The notes beneath the pieces are model-generated. The model saw nothing but the letters and a program-made list of their open reading frames with translations. It was not told the DNA's origin and searched no databases. Position numbers and translations under genes: made by a program. DNA of 63,901 nucleotides, counting the filler, from Perkinsus chesapeaki ATCC PRA-425 (taxonomy: Eukaryota; Protista; Perkinsozoa), in NCBI GenBank assembly GCA_013115145.1. It is 7 parts of 7 records of this genome, joined end to end, with 100 filler letters (N's around TTAATTAATTAA, not from the genome) between each part and the next. Parts side by side here need not be neighbours in the genome. Positions count along the whole stretch, not along the records: positions 28,314 to 48,366 come from JAAPAO010000625.1; 6 more parts are not named here. One strand, 5' to 3'. Numbering within the stretch: the first letter of the stretch is position 1; every line of letters starts with the position of its first letter. Shown one piece after another: positions 35,361 through 48,466 of this stretch.

Positions 35361-36995
35361 TACATAAGGGATTGGTAAACCGATGACGAGATCTCAGGAA
35401 GCAGTCTGAAGCGTCCGTCATTCGTGCCCAAGATCGGAGCAGGCCACGATCACCGAAAACGCCGGATTACTTAGTCCCTCTCCCACGACCACATTCCGTA
35501 GCGCCTCACGCCTGAGGTTCCGCGGCCGTTTTTTACGCGAACTTGCCTCAGGCTCGTGCGGCAAAGTTGAGAAACTTCATCAAGAGCACGCAGGATGCGT
35601 TCGAAACGTGAGCTCTGATTCAGCGTGTCCCGGAAGCAGCATGGCGGTCATACTCGTTGATACAGGTATTCGTATGGTGCTCGGTCGCACCGTCATAAGC
35701 CCTCCTGCTGATAGTGTGACTTGTTTAACACTGGCATGCACCCTTTAGTATGCTGAATGTATGTTGTGTTTACTTGAGTCAGCATCAGAATCGAACCTGG
35801 GCCTACCACGATGGGGGTCCGAATAACATAGATACGCATTACAGCGCAGTTCACCCAGAAACGGGATTCCCAGGACCTCCGCGCAGAAATAATTTCTTGT
35901 GTGGTGCGTTGTGCACTATTTATATTCTCGACAGACACTAGTAGTACAGTACTACAAGTACTAAACTGACTTGACTCCATAGTTTCAGGATAACTTGCGT
36001 GAGGCGAACGCCGCGAGCCTCCGGTCGTCAACACTGACAGTGTCAGCAGTGTTGCACCGTACCGGATAGTTTCAAGCGTTTATGTACATACCGGGAACGA
36101 TTCGCGCACAGAATCCCACGGTTGCTGCAGTAGAAAAGGCAGTACATTACAAGGCAGGTCCGTTGTTCGATATCATGCCTTGCGCGGAAAGTGATTTCCG
36201 TATGATGTTTAGGCCGGCAAATGCAACTACTGTGTCATTGACAGTCTAGTTTAACGAACACCGTTGTTGCGCGTGCGTCTTAGCTCTGGCGCAAGATAAT
36301 GGACCGGTAACGCTTGGGGCATGAGGCACTGGACTCGTCGCAGAGTGCCATTGAGCTGATGGAACAGAGACTTAGGCAATACAGAAGGATCTCTAAGGGA
36401 GGCTGGCCAGTGTGACCTGACCGACTGAACGTCGAGCGTTTCCTTCCAACAAAACTCGGCGCCCTTGCGCGGAGTCCGTGAGGATCATCCGCTGGGAGCG
36501 ATTGCGCTGCGGACGTTTTCACATGCGTAAAATCGTCCTTAAGAACGAAACGCCGTTTCTCACGTCAAATTGTTCTGTGCAAATTGTTCGTCAATGTGTT
36601 CTAGTTGCAGTGCCTTGCTGATAGAATCTGCGAAGGCCTGTGCGGACAGAAACATTTCTGTTTACGCTCGAGCTGCAGTGCCACGCAGACTGGATCTGTG
36701 AAGTCCTTTGCGGACAGTTGCAGTTCAACTTACGGTCACAAGATCGAAGCGATTATGTCACGTCTCCCGTCTTTCAGAGATTTCTCTTGTGTGCCCTATT
36801 TGAGCCGTCCTTCTGGTGTTTTGTCGGTTTCGGGTGTATTTTGTACGTATAATCATCTTCGTATCTTTCACCGTTGATTTGGTTCCACCAATACTGTCAA
36901 ACCTGTCGGCTCTGACACGGCGCATTATAGCCCTGTGAGAGCTTTATTGTCAAGTCGTCTTTTCAGCCCCTGTGTTTTCTTTTGACTATCTAAAC

Positions 36996-38363
36996 ATGGG
37001 CTGCTCCACGAGTCGTAATGGGACCGTCTTAGATCCAACTTCGAGGTTGGCACCAACTGTTACGCCTAAGTTTGCCGAACAGTGTGGTTCACCAAATGAG
37101 ATAAGTTCCGCATCTACAGGTAACCGACCTCCTTCTCAACCTTTCACTCATGGGTTTCATCAGGCTTGAGCTGCGGATCGCCTTTGAAGGGTTCCATCTC
37201 TAACAGAACGACGGTTTGGAGGTAGGACATTTATGAGCGGAGCGTTGACGTATCATGCGTTGTTCTTTTTCTTCATTCGAAGGTCTCCCGTCGAGCCCTA
37301 TTCCTCTCAAAGGAGGCGTCGTAATGAGATGCTGATGCAAATACGGCAAGGAAGTCGTCATAGTCATCATCACCGTAGCTCACATTTACCAAAGCCTCCG
37401 CAAGAAAGTGATTTAATTAATTACCTAGCGTGCTGCAGTCCTGCTTGCACTTAGTTTCTGGTACTGTCAAAGTTCACAGTTCGAACTCTGAGTACGATCG
37501 ATCGGAATACGGGTATTTGGATAATCGTGGCGAAACGTGAGTCTTGTTATTCGGCAGCTAATGTATGTTCTATTCAGGGCACGTAGTCTCTGTAAGCAGG
37601 CATGTCATCAATCAGAGTCGACCAGTCGACCTCAGACCTTCCGTCGGGGAAGCAGGCGACCCTCCACTCGGCATTGAAGTCATTCTAATCTTTTTTTCCA
37701 TGACGATATGTTGTAGAACACCCCTGTTGCTTTCTGAGGATCTTCCCTATGTTCAGAGTGTGACTTCTCAGCGCTGTGAAGCTGATAGTAATATTACACT
37801 ATAAAGCCTGCTTTAGACCCCCGTGTTAATGATACTATTGTCTGCCACGTTCGCACTGATGTTTAAATCTGATATCTTATTGACGTCTTAGGTTGTTTCA
37901 TCCATGTACGATAAGTTATTGTCTTCCGTACAGCGACGTAGAACTAACTTTTCTTTCGTAGTGCGATGAAGAGCTAACTTTGTCTAGCACTTTATCGCCA
38001 CAAGGCTTGGAGCTTCAGGGACATAACGCCACTCCGATGTCGCTGGAAAACAAGTACAAAAAAACGAGCGTTCAATGCTCTGGTTTCCCTTTCACGTCTG
38101 TTGAGTTAGTTCAAACGAAGTACATTCTAAATCACAACCCTTGCAACCGTCTCTGCCGAGAGGTTACCCGCCACCTCTTCCGTTTGATGGAAAAGCACTT
38201 GACGGACGCCACATCGTGCCCTAAATATGAGAAGGAGAACCCGTCAGTGATCGCGGCTTTGCTCGCTCGAGTTAGCTTATTAGAGAAGCAAATTGCTGCA
38301 GTGGGGCGTGAGGATGCCGGTGGATTAGCGGGCGCCGAATTGCGAAGTTTCAGAAGGTTCTGA
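36996..38363 (+). CDS. Hypothetical spliced protein with an MGCxxS dual-acylation N-terminus
   Basis: ATG GGC TGC TCC ACG AGT (MGCSTS) followed by short exons; the 3' extent is uncertain. Confidence 0.4.
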
Positions 38364-38475
38364 TCGAACCATCAGTGTGGGGTCCACAAGTCACTTGTCG
38401 AGTATCTACCATAATACCGTAACATGGACGATCAGCAGCTTCAGGCAGGCATTGTAAGCTGGGATTGAAGTGCCA

Positions 38476-39258
38476 TCATTCTGGATAAAAAGGACAGCTA
38501 AAACTTGATTGCAGGATACTATCAGACAAGGACACCATCCAGAGCGGTCCGTTTACCCTGCTGGGGTTCTCATTCGGTGGGATAGGACTGAGGCCATCGG
38601 CTATGCCAAAGGGAAGATGCTTAGACGATTCAAAGGTTCTACCTTCGCTGTCTACCTTCTTCTCTATTGAGATTTCTGCGTCCCAGGGTGGTGCGCTGTC
38701 GGCGTGCTTGGCACCTTTACCTGGAACATGCAACATTCTCCTGTTCGGCCCGACTGACCTGAAATTATCCAGAGTCAAAGTCTCTATCGGTTCGACAGTA
38801 GCCATTGGGATCTGCTATGCGGCGGCGTTGTAATGGTAGACGTAGGTGCGTAAGGACTTCAAAGACCTCTCCTTCTCCTCTGGGATATCCACGACCGACG
38901 GGATGGGAGAAGTATTGCTACCGTCCATTTGTCGCCTTGACGAAGGCTGGGAGCGTAACACAGATGTAAGGTGCGGCGGTGAGGTGGATTGACAAGGTTC
39001 GCCAACAGACTTGCACCATCCGCATTTGTATCGAAGAGATCGCCCACACACTGTCATACGGTAAAGCCGGTGGCCATGAACGCCAGCATTCCGGTCCCCA
39101 GGACCGGGAGTCGCAACCTCAGCGTGCCTCAACAAGCAAAGAGACAATGATGGGACGATTCCTCGGACTGTCGAGTGGCATATCGAACAGGCTGACAAGG
39201 TCCTTAGTGGTACCTCACGAATCATAAACTCGCCAGAGTTTTCACTACCTGGCGCCAA
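38476..39258 (-). CDS. Hypothetical protein (two overlapping ORF segments)
   Basis: 147-aa and 109-aa minus-strand ORFs with protein-like composition; no family recognised. Confidence 0.3.
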
Positions 39259-40299
39259 AGGTAAGTTTGACTGTCATTTTATACAGCCGCTCGAGTCAGG
39301 CGACACATTCTGCTTACGTCTTGTATTGCCGGAAGCTGACCGCAGTGAACAACAGGCAACGTGTGGCCTATACCTTGTGAACTAATAGCCGCATCCGAAC
39401 GCAATTGGAAGGATTTCAGGCTCGCTGTCATTCGCCTAATCTAACGAGACAACATGAGCTCCAAATATGTGCGGATTTATCCTTATCAGCCACCAGGCCA
39501 TCACAGGAAGTCTTTCGCAACCACCTTCCACGAAACTGTTGAGCTTGCTTGGTTAGATACGAAAGGAGCTCAAGGGAGAGCTCACACACTCCTTGGGGTT
39601 CGACCAGTTCTGCTCAGTATCGTCTGCCTTCGCACGCCTGTCTAGTCAAAGAGAGCTCGTAAGTGTCATAGTTCAACATCATCACCTTGATCGCTATTCA
39701 GGCGTTCTTGCTTGCATTGAAGCATGTTTCAGTGGTCACGACACACGGCAGTTTCTTCGGCAGAGAGGAGACTGAAGGTCGTCTCTACCTGAACTCCTGC
39801 GGTTTGTCGGTAAGTGTGGTGTCGTTTTGGATCCAATGACGTTCAACAAACCAGGCGTGTATAGAACAGCGAACGCGGCTCACAACAGCACCCCGTTTTG
39901 CGCCTAAATAGCTCCGAGATGCAACGGCTCATGTTAAACTAGCTCCGTGACTGTCTTGCATTGTTGCGTTCGTTAGTAAGTGGGCAGTGTCCTTAGGAAA
40001 GAGTGTTTGAAGGCTTCAGGAGTATGTTCGCTTGTCTCTACATTAGCGGTCTGTCCAAACTGACTGTAACACAACACACGGGCACTGAGAATAACTACGG
40101 AGACTAGACGGCTCAACATTCAGTTTGTCGACGTCGAAACAATTCGACCGAAAAAGGCTAACTAGAAGGCTACATGAAAGACTACCAATTACTACATTAC
40201 AATGAGTCATCATGTCAAACCTGCACTGGTGCAATATTGGCCTAGTAACATAGGAGTGTTACAGGTGATCGTGATTGGGTGGATGCTTGCAACAAAAGT

Positions 40300-40845
40300 T
40301 CAGGCTGCTATCACTTCTACAGGCTCAAGGTCATGACATCTTCCTTCAGCACTGCAGAAAGTTCTGACGACACCGCAACCGGAGAGCTCCCACAGCCCAT
40401 CACAGCATCCTAATCCACCAGCAACGCGAATTGGACGTCTCTCCGCCCCTCCGTTGGGAGCACAGTACAGCTCGCCATTAACGGTGCCCATAAAGAGACT
40501 ATCAGATGCCGAATGTAGAACAGAGCTCACAACAGCAACACTGTACTCCTTCTCGACCTGCTGGACCATCGAACGATGTAGAGGATGAAGGCTGCGGCGT
40601 CTCAAGTATTTCCGTGGCTCTTTCAGAATGTCCGTCATGAATTTCCAAACCGGACTAGCAATGAAGCTAAGAATGCCGTATTGCTGGACGCTATCATCAG
40701 TACGAGCCTGGGTCATAGACCTCACTCGCGTAGGGCCAAGATATGCCCATACCTCCACGGTCATACTCATATCGCCGACCCCACAGTTGGAAAGGCGAGA
40801 AGACAAAATCGCCAACTTCAGCGGCAGCGAAGACCGAGAAGGCGA
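40300..40845 (-). CDS. Unknown protein, tandem paralogue A
   Basis: Collinear with paralogue B from RSSLPLKLAIL to GRCHDLEPV. There is no ATG at the position equivalent to B's start. Confidence 0.65.
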   Translation of the reverse strand, partial: SPSRSSLPLKLAILSSRLSNCGVGDMSMTVEVWAYLGPTRVRSMTQARTDDSVQQYGILSFIASPVWKFMTDILKEPRKYLRRRSLHPLHRSMVQQVEKEYSVAVVSSVLHSASDSLFMGTVNGELYCAPNGGAERRPIRVAGGLGCCDGLWELSGCGVVRTFCSAEGRCHDLEPVEVIAA

Positions 40846-41008
40846 CAGTGTTAAGAAGAAGTGCCTACTAAATAACTAAGCAGCAGAAATCAACAGTAAT
40901 ACCGCGAAGCAACTCAACAAGGACCAGGTGGAGGTCAGACAAACGTTGTATTATGCTGCTAATGAAGCATTCAGAGGTAGGATGATAATAATTATAATTA
41001 TTCGCTGC

Positions 41009-41566
41009 TTAGTGCGCCACCACCGGCGTGAGGTCATGGCACCTTCCCTTAGCTTGACTAAAGGTTCTGATGGTGCCATCATTCGAAACATCAAAGATGC
41101 CGTCACAGCAGCCCAGGCCCTTCGCAAGGAGAAAAACAGCTGGTGGGGAACACGTCCCAGATAGAGGAGGAGGATGAGGAGCAGGAGCACAAAATAGTTC
41201 GCCAGTTACAGTTCCCATGATAAGGGACTCTGATTCGAAATGGACCAGGGTGCTCACAACGAACACTCGATGGGCTTCCTCAACGCGTCGAACTACTTCC
41301 CGATGCCAAGATGAGGAGCTCTTGCGCCGTAGTCGGCCGCTCCTCATCACCCGAAGCATGAACTCGAAATGCTTGCTCTCCACTATGCTTGAACGATGCA
41401 GGTTTCTTTCACTGGCGTCGCCGATCCGCACCGCGTCGAATGACGTCCGAGCAAGGAACTCCCACACAACTGAGCGCAGGGCGGCGTCACCAGTATCATA
41501 GCGACTTATGCGGGCGTGAAGAAGGGCCAGCTTCTGCGGCAAAGACGATCGTTGGCTGGATGACAT
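41009..41566 (-). CDS. Unknown protein, tandem paralogue B (185 aa, intronless)
   Basis: Shares RSSLP.KLA.L, VW.[YF]L, S.SL.MGTV.GEL[YF]CAP, GLGCCDG and RTF..A.GRCHDL.PV with A. Confidence 0.75.
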   Translation of the reverse strand: MSSSQRSSLPQKLALLHARISRYDTGDAALRSVVWEFLARTSFDAVRIGDASERNLHRSSIVESKHFEFMLRVMRSGRLRRKSSSSWHREVVRRVEEAHRVFVVSTLVHFESESLIMGTVTGELFCAPAPHPPPLSGTCSPPAVFLLAKGLGCCDGIFDVSNDGTIRTFSQAKGRCHDLTPVVAH

Positions 41567-41849
41567 AAAGTGAAGTAAAAAAGAAATTTACTGAACAAGA
41601 AGAGCATTCGGAAAAACAAACGACAATCGGGCATCCCCGAGAATATTGAAAAGTTGAACGTCACGTGAAGACTTTAAGTCGCTCCTTGATATGGTCCCTG
41701 CAGAGCGGGCACTCCGACCCCAGGCGTTCGCTACATCCGGTGCAAACACACATATGACGGCATGGCATCAGAACCACCGTACCTACGAACATGGTGAGAT
41801 AGGATACTGACACACCACTAGAGCAGATTACGAAGCTCAGATTGGCACA

Positions 41850-43990
41850 CTACACATAGGGACTCGTCAGTGAGGCTTCGGCAGGTATCGGATGTGCCTG
41901 GGAAGATAAGTCATATCCGGCTGGGGACGCCGCCCCCGCCGCCGCCGCTGGGTCGAGCCTACCTTGTTGCTTACTACGTTGCTCTCTCTCGCGTCTACGA
42001 GCCTCCGCCTCTGCCTCGATGGCTCGACCTTTTAAACGACGAACTTTACCCATTAGGAATTCCATACGTTCCTCTAGGGCGTGCCACTCTGCGGAAGTTG
42101 TCATGAATTCTGAATACAATAATGGCCATCAAACTAGACGGTGTCGGCGGTGGTGGCTCACCTTCGACTTCTGAATTGTATGACAGCAGGGCATCATCGA
42201 GCTGCTCGACCTTGGTCCTGATATCCTGGAACGTCTGAGATACCCCTAACTCAAAAGTTAAATATCTTTCAAGCGCGAAGGAGCGACTTACGGTAACTAG
42301 ATGGATGTTGGTTGACCTCCGGAGACCTGCCGAGCACCTCCTCTGCTTTCGGTCGGAGGGGAGGGGTCTCGTCATGACACTCTGGCGGGTTCGCTGATGA
42401 TGATGAAGAAGAGGAGCCCTCTGGCGCCGCCTTCTTAGGATCGCACACTGGCGAGGCCGGACTTTCGCCGGCAGAGGCAGGCTCCTGTCGTGAAGCGCTC
42501 GACTCTGCCTTAACCGCGAAGGATTTTTGAGCCCTCAATCTCGCAGCACGACTGAAGGAATTGATAAATAACAATACCGACCACCAGCTTACGATGATGC
42601 TCCCATTGCCAGAGGGGTGATGCCATCATATGCCTGTTTGTGCGGATCTGCCTTGTACTCCAGCAGAACTCTAGCCACAGAGCGAAGCTCTCCTTCCACT
42701 GCCAAGTGAAGTGGGGTGTACCTACACAACAGAGGAACAGTGGACCAGCCACAGCAGCTTTAGGTGCTCTACAGACCTACCCGAATGCATCCTGTACGTT
42801 TGGATCGGCTCCAGCATGGAGGAGGGCTCGGGCAGCATCGGCAGATTTGGCAGAGAACAACAGCGAACTAGGCCTGATGGCGATAACATACCCCAGCTGT
42901 GACGTAGCGCTGATGTGCGTCACGTCTCTGCCTACACCTTGGCCCCTGCCCGAATGAGCTCTTCACACATCTCCACATGGTCTGCTCTAACTTGAGCTGC
43001 TAACGGTGTTACTCTATGACGGTTGAGGCCTTCCAGATCGATACCTGACATGGAAGGGTGTGCTGGAATAGAACTGACAGCGAAGGTTAGACCAACTCAC
43101 CAGGATACTCAAGCAGCATTGGTAATACATACGCATTGTTGCAAACATGAAGGACCTGAACGATTGACAGCGGCGCTGCGAGGCAAAACGGCAAAGTGAA
43201 ATGGTACGCTATTGCGAAGTTGGCATTTAGCCCCGAGCAGTAGCCTCACTATCGTAGCTGCCACCTTACCGCTCTCAGAGTTCATCGCCTAAGAAAATAA
43301 TCGACACAACAGCAGCAGCAGCACTGTTATCTTACCGCGTAGTGAAGGGCATTGAAGCCTGTCGAGGGGTCACAGTATTTGACTGCAGCTGGACTGGCCT
43401 CTATGATAGCCTTAACCACACCAGAGTGGCCCTTCCTGAACCACCACCATCCCGAATGTCTAGCAGCCCCTCTGACTTACAGAGCACCTTCACAGAGGGC
43501 TAAACCGAGATCAGTTACAGTGTATCGGCAGGTCGACGAGAGAAGGAATGGATTCGACGGTAATGACTCCGAGGATGCCGCGCTTGTCGTATCGGTCTCC
43601 GACTGCAATAACAATCGCACAACCTGATAGAGTGCTTCAACACACCACGGAATACTTCCACACATCTGTCCTTCCACTTCCAGCAGCACTCAACAGAGCG
43701 TCGCCGCCGGAGCTCGACGTCGTCGGCTTCGATGATGATGAGGATGAGCTAGACTGTTGTTGTTGAGATGGCTGAGGTTGCCCCTTCTTGTCTGGGTTTT
43801 TAACGTCTCTTTCGAGAGATTGCTGCCGCATGTTGAAGGTATCTTTTCGTTAAGGCCAAATTGAGTGTTATGAAAACGCAATGCAGATCGAGTTTGAGAT
43901 GATTTCACGCATACGAGTAACCAATAGAAGTAGTTCAGCAGTGATATAACGGGAAACGAAAGGAAACAACAACAACAACAACAACCGCAT
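41850..43990 (-). CDS. Hypothetical multi-exon protein(s), S/P-rich with a C-terminal coiled coil
   Basis: Several minus-strand ORF pieces (e.g. EFLMGKVRRLKGRAIEAEAEARRRERE, QTFQDIRTKVEQLDDALL). Gene number and 5' end are uncertain. Confidence 0.35.
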
Positions 43991-44045
43991 AAGAGATTCG
44001 AGAGATCAATGTTCGCAGACAATCATACAGCCAACGGCGACATTC

Positions 44046-46349
44046 TCAGAAGTGGAACCCTCCCGCTGGTTGCTGATCGACACCGAACGAGGAGCTGCCC
44101 GCTGGCGGTGCTGCCGAACCTGACGCGAAATAGCAGATAACTTGTAGCCGTGATGACAGGGAATGCTCCCCACCTGCAGTGGCGAATCCAGAGTGATTGC
44201 TGTCCATGTCGCCTAAACCTTCATCATCATCCTCCTCAACAGGGAAGTAGCTCTCAAGTATGTGCACAGCCTATCCAACGAGTTATACCAATCGAAGATG
44301 CCAATCATGGATCATCATCACCTTCTCGTATATAGCATCATTTCTATCACCTTGTAGGTCCTCTATCTTAGTCATACCATCCGCTTCTTCTATCAAATGA
44401 AGGTATCTAACAACGATCATCACATAAGCTCTACCAACCAACTACGTCCTTACGGATTCTCAGTCAGGTCCGGATTCCTCTCTTGAGCCAGGACGCCAAC
44501 CTGACACCAACCATTCTCCGAATCCGCTGCCCCCACCTCTGCAGCAGACTCACCCCAAGTATGTTGTCAATTGCCTCCAAGCAGCAGCCTACTATCTTGG
44601 AGTCCGTAACATCCAGGAGATCACACAGTGGCTTAACACAGCCGTTCTGGACGAGGTAGTCCACCTGCTCCGGGGACCCTCCTGCAGTGGCGTTGGAGAC
44701 CGCCCAGGCAGCCTCCTTCTTGACATCGAATTCTGCATTGGCCAGCAACTCTATCAGTTTTCCGAACAGCTAAGGGGACATTTTGCGTCGATGAATGATA
44801 ATATCGAAGAGCTAGCTACCCCCTTATTAATGCACTCCTGAATTTGTTCCCTGTTACCAGCGGTGATGTTCGATATCGACCAGCAGGCCTCCTTACGAAG
44901 ATTCTGAAGAGATAGGGATAGCAGCTGGCTGGGCCAAAAGCAGCGGTATTGCCTTCTTAGGACTGTACAATAGACCATGTAATGCCTCCACGCCACCGCA
45001 GTTGACAACCTGCTGAGTTTGGTTGTCATCACCAGTCACTATATTGCCGACCGCTCCTAAGAGAGGATGATGTCCACGGTAAACGTCAGTACATTTGTAC
45101 GTAGGGCAGGAGTCTGGACAAGTGTGCTGCTGTGTTTAAGTAGCTCCACCAGCCTAGGGCATGCTCCCGTATCGAGCACCGCTTGAATGCGATCACTCGG
45201 GCCATCAGTAACATACGATAAAGCCCAACATGCATCCGTTGTCACTTCCACCTGCCGATAAATTTCCTAATACGAGTGTAAGCAGGATTCTACGTCATTG
45301 CTGTTGATGAGCTGCGCCAAGAGTGGTAGGGCCGGTGCGATGGCCAGGATGGGAGGCTGGGGCTTCCCACGGCAAAGATTGGAGAGAGCCCAAGTAGCAT
45401 TTCGGAACAGAGAGACTTGCTCGGTGTCCTTAAACAGGTTTAGAATCCCTGGCAAGACGTTGGCCTCAAGCACCTGTAGAATAACAACGTTAGGTCGGTG
45501 TCTACGGACTGCGAAGAAGCTTCCGATGGCCCTTTAGTACCATATCCCTCAGACGTGGAGAATCACCAGCGATGTTGCCCAGAGCCCAAACAGCTTGCTC
45601 GCGGACCTCGCCGTCGGGGGACGCCAACAGGGCGACAAAGAGCGGAATGGTGCCTTACAGGAAAGCCTCAATGGTAGCCGGATTGACAGTAACCTACCCG
45701 CTGCTACAACCGCCTCGGTTTGAGCACGTGTCCCACTGGCAATGTTAGTGAGAACCTACAGGGATACACAGTAGCAGACGAAGATGATAGAGCTTACCCA
45801 GGCAGCCTCAAACTGAAGCTTAGGACGTTGAGTGTCTTGAAGGAAGACTACCATACGGGGAATGAGCCCAGCATCTATAACCTGCAATTGACCGAATGCC
45901 TTAATGATATTAGGTATTTTTGTTACATATTGTATTGGTGGATTCTTCGCTATTGACAACAGCCTTCTAACATACTGTGTAGCTCTGAACTGTGTATCAG
46001 AATCCGTCGAATTGCACCCTACAACCGCCTCTTGTAGCTCTGCCAGGTTAGGTGCGCTCGTCGTTGACTGCGTTGTTGTTGTTGCTAAGATGATCCCCAG
46101 TCCTCCAATCCCACCAATCCCCATTAGCACTACCAGCGTCATCAGATGACCCAACATCCATCCTTCTCCTATGGGCCAACTGCTTCTCTTTCTCAGCCTT
46201 TCGGATCTGTACAGCTTCATCCTCTCTACGACGTCTCGAATCTTCAAAGTCGCCGGTCTGGCATAATCCTTGTCCAGTATCCATCAGGCCAACATTACCT
46301 TTTTATAGTTCTTCCGTCGAGCTGCAATCCGATCTTCAATATTAGACAT
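44046..46349 (-). CDS. Importin alpha (karyopherin alpha), multi-exon
   Basis: IBB domain [17 protein letters not shown]|[23 protein letters not shown] repeats [62 protein letters not shown] and [16 protein letters not shown]-terminus IYEK|AVHILESYF...GGFHF*. Confidence 0.97.
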
Positions 46350-46703
46350 GATTCGTTACGACTAGTGCCGTCAGCAACTTCAAGATAAAAGGGCTCGAAC
46401 ACCTTGGCGTGCGCGATATGTAAATCTTACACTCTTGCATTTCCTCAACGCTGTCGATCGCGCGTCCGTCCCTCGGCCCACTTTGCAAACACGTCTTTTG
46501 ATCGTGTCTTCGTCCCGTTGGTACATCCACTGTTATCCACGGGCATCATCTTATGACTCTATCTCATTCTGCTATCCTGTCCTATGCTATGGACAATAAC
46601 CAAGTAAGCTTCTTCATCACCCTTGCATTACCGGCATTGGTCGCGCCTCTGCTGGTTCACCAATGATACTTCGGGATGGCTGATATCTCACTGTTCTGCT
46701 CAG

Positions 46704-47642
46704 ATGCTTCCTCCTCCTCCACCCCCGCCTCCTGGTCCCCCTCCTGATGTTGCTGCTGCCCCTGTAACTTCCCTCACTCGTCCTCTCCCTTCTGTTGAAA
46801 GCGGAGGATGGAAGTGCGGCAGGTGTGGTAACGTCAATTACTCCCATAAGTTATTCTGCAACATGAGGAAGTGCAACGCGCCGAAGCCTCTGGGCAGCTG
46901 GACCTGCCATAGCTGTGGTAGGTTGAATGAAGCTCGGCGGCCCGGGAGCTGTTGTTTAGGTTCCGGAAGCGAAAAGCCGTTGGCTCGTGATTGCAGCAAG
47001 TGCTTGACAACCCGCAACACAACGAAAGAAGAGGATATTCTGATAGAAGCCCATCGCACTGGCGCCTTACCATCGTATGCGACGCGGAAGAATTCTTTCC
47101 CACAGGAGTTCCTCGCGGCTCCTTTCGGCTCGTGGATATGCGTAAAATGCAATAATGTCAACTGGCCGGCTAGAACTACTTGTAACGGACGTCACTGTCA
47201 GAAGAGCAGAGACGTAGCTGACATAGAATATACAAGGAACTTCAGGTTGGACCTGGAGAAACGTGGGTTTGCTGTCGACTTAATTAATACGACCACAACT
47301 GCTACGGTGCCGTCCTGCTCCCCGTTGCCGGGTTCAACCGTAGCTAGCGGGAGCGCAACCCCCACAGGTGTCAGCCGTGGTGTTCTTCGTGATGCTCCTC
47401 AAATGCCAGCCCCACGCTTGGAATCTGGTAGAGAAGGATATCAGGTGGAAGTTGTTGACATGGTGAATGCGATTCTTACCGGAGAACCTCCTCGCTCTAG
47501 TGCGGGTCATGCTCTAAGAACCGATCCACCGGGAAGTTGGATCTGCCCTACCTGTGGTAATGTGAACTGGCCAAAAAGGACACATTGCAATAAGCATGGG
47601 TGTGGAGTAGAAAAACCGGCCCAAGCGGTTGTGAGATCTTAG
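46704..47642 (+). CDS. RanBP2-type (WxCx2Cx3N) zinc-finger protein, four fingers
   Basis: WKCGRCGNVN, WTCHSCGRLN, WICVKCNNVNWPAR and WICPTCGNVNWPKR. An upstream exon is possible (acceptor-like CTCAG just before the ATG). Confidence 0.88.
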   Translation: MLPPPPPPPPGPPPDVAAAPVTSLTRPLPSVESGGWKCGRCGNVNYSHKLFCNMRKCNAPKPLGSWTCHSCGRLNEARRPGSCCLGSGSEKPLARDCSKCLTTRNTTKEEDILIEAHRTGALPSYATRKNSFPQEFLAAPFGSWICVKCNNVNWPARTTCNGRHCQKSRDVADIEYTRNFRLDLEKRGFAVDLINTTTTATVPSCSPLPGSTVASGSATPTGVSRGVLRDAPQMPAPRLESGREGYQVEVVDMVNAILTGEPPRSSAGHALRTDPPGSWICPTCGNVNWPKRTHCNKHGCGVEKPAQAVVRS

Positions 47643-48466
47643 GTTGCTATTAACGTGCTACATTAGTATGCTCTGAAGCATATCTAAGCGACCACTTCTG
47701 TGGTCTATTAAAAATATGTTGTTGTATAGAAGTGCCTTGATGCCTGGATCACATGTCTCATGGTGCGAATAAGTAAACAGTTGTTAAATGCCATGACGGG
47801 ACTATCCCAGTGGTAGACTATAATAAAATAATACTTGCTTTGAGTTGCTAGTGATAATATGGATACGAAGAACATGGGAACGCAACGTCTACCGGGCTAT
47901 TCAAATACGATCATGGTCACAGTAAGCGACAATGTATTACTATGTGATCACTGAGGACAACCATAGTCATAATCACGCAGTTCAATCGCGCTGACTGACA
48001 AACTTCTAAACTGGCACCGGTAGCTATGAAAGGAAATAACATCACTCAAGACATGGCCCTTCAATTCTCTACGAGGAAGCCAGCACCAAACACCCTAATT
48101 TCTATTAGCGCGGATGGCGATCTTTGTCCTGAATTTATATAGGAAGTATGTTTCGTCAACATGATAGACTATCAGTTGCTGTACTACTTGCGATTGGGTG
48201 CTCCACCAACGGTGTTTGCTCAGTGTTCCGGAACAGTGCAAGAACTCGGGATATGAAAAGACCTGTGGGTCTGGTGTCTCGATTACACCGGTGTTCTGAT
48301 CTCTCAGCCGTTATCCAACCTCACCGGTTCCACCGCGCGGTATTGCCTGCTCTGTTTCCAGCCTTANNNNNNNNNNNNNNNNNNNNNNNNNNNNNNNNNN
48401 NNNNNNNNNNTTAATTAATTAANNNNNNNNNNNNNNNNNNNNNNNNNNNNNNNNNNNNNNNNNNNN

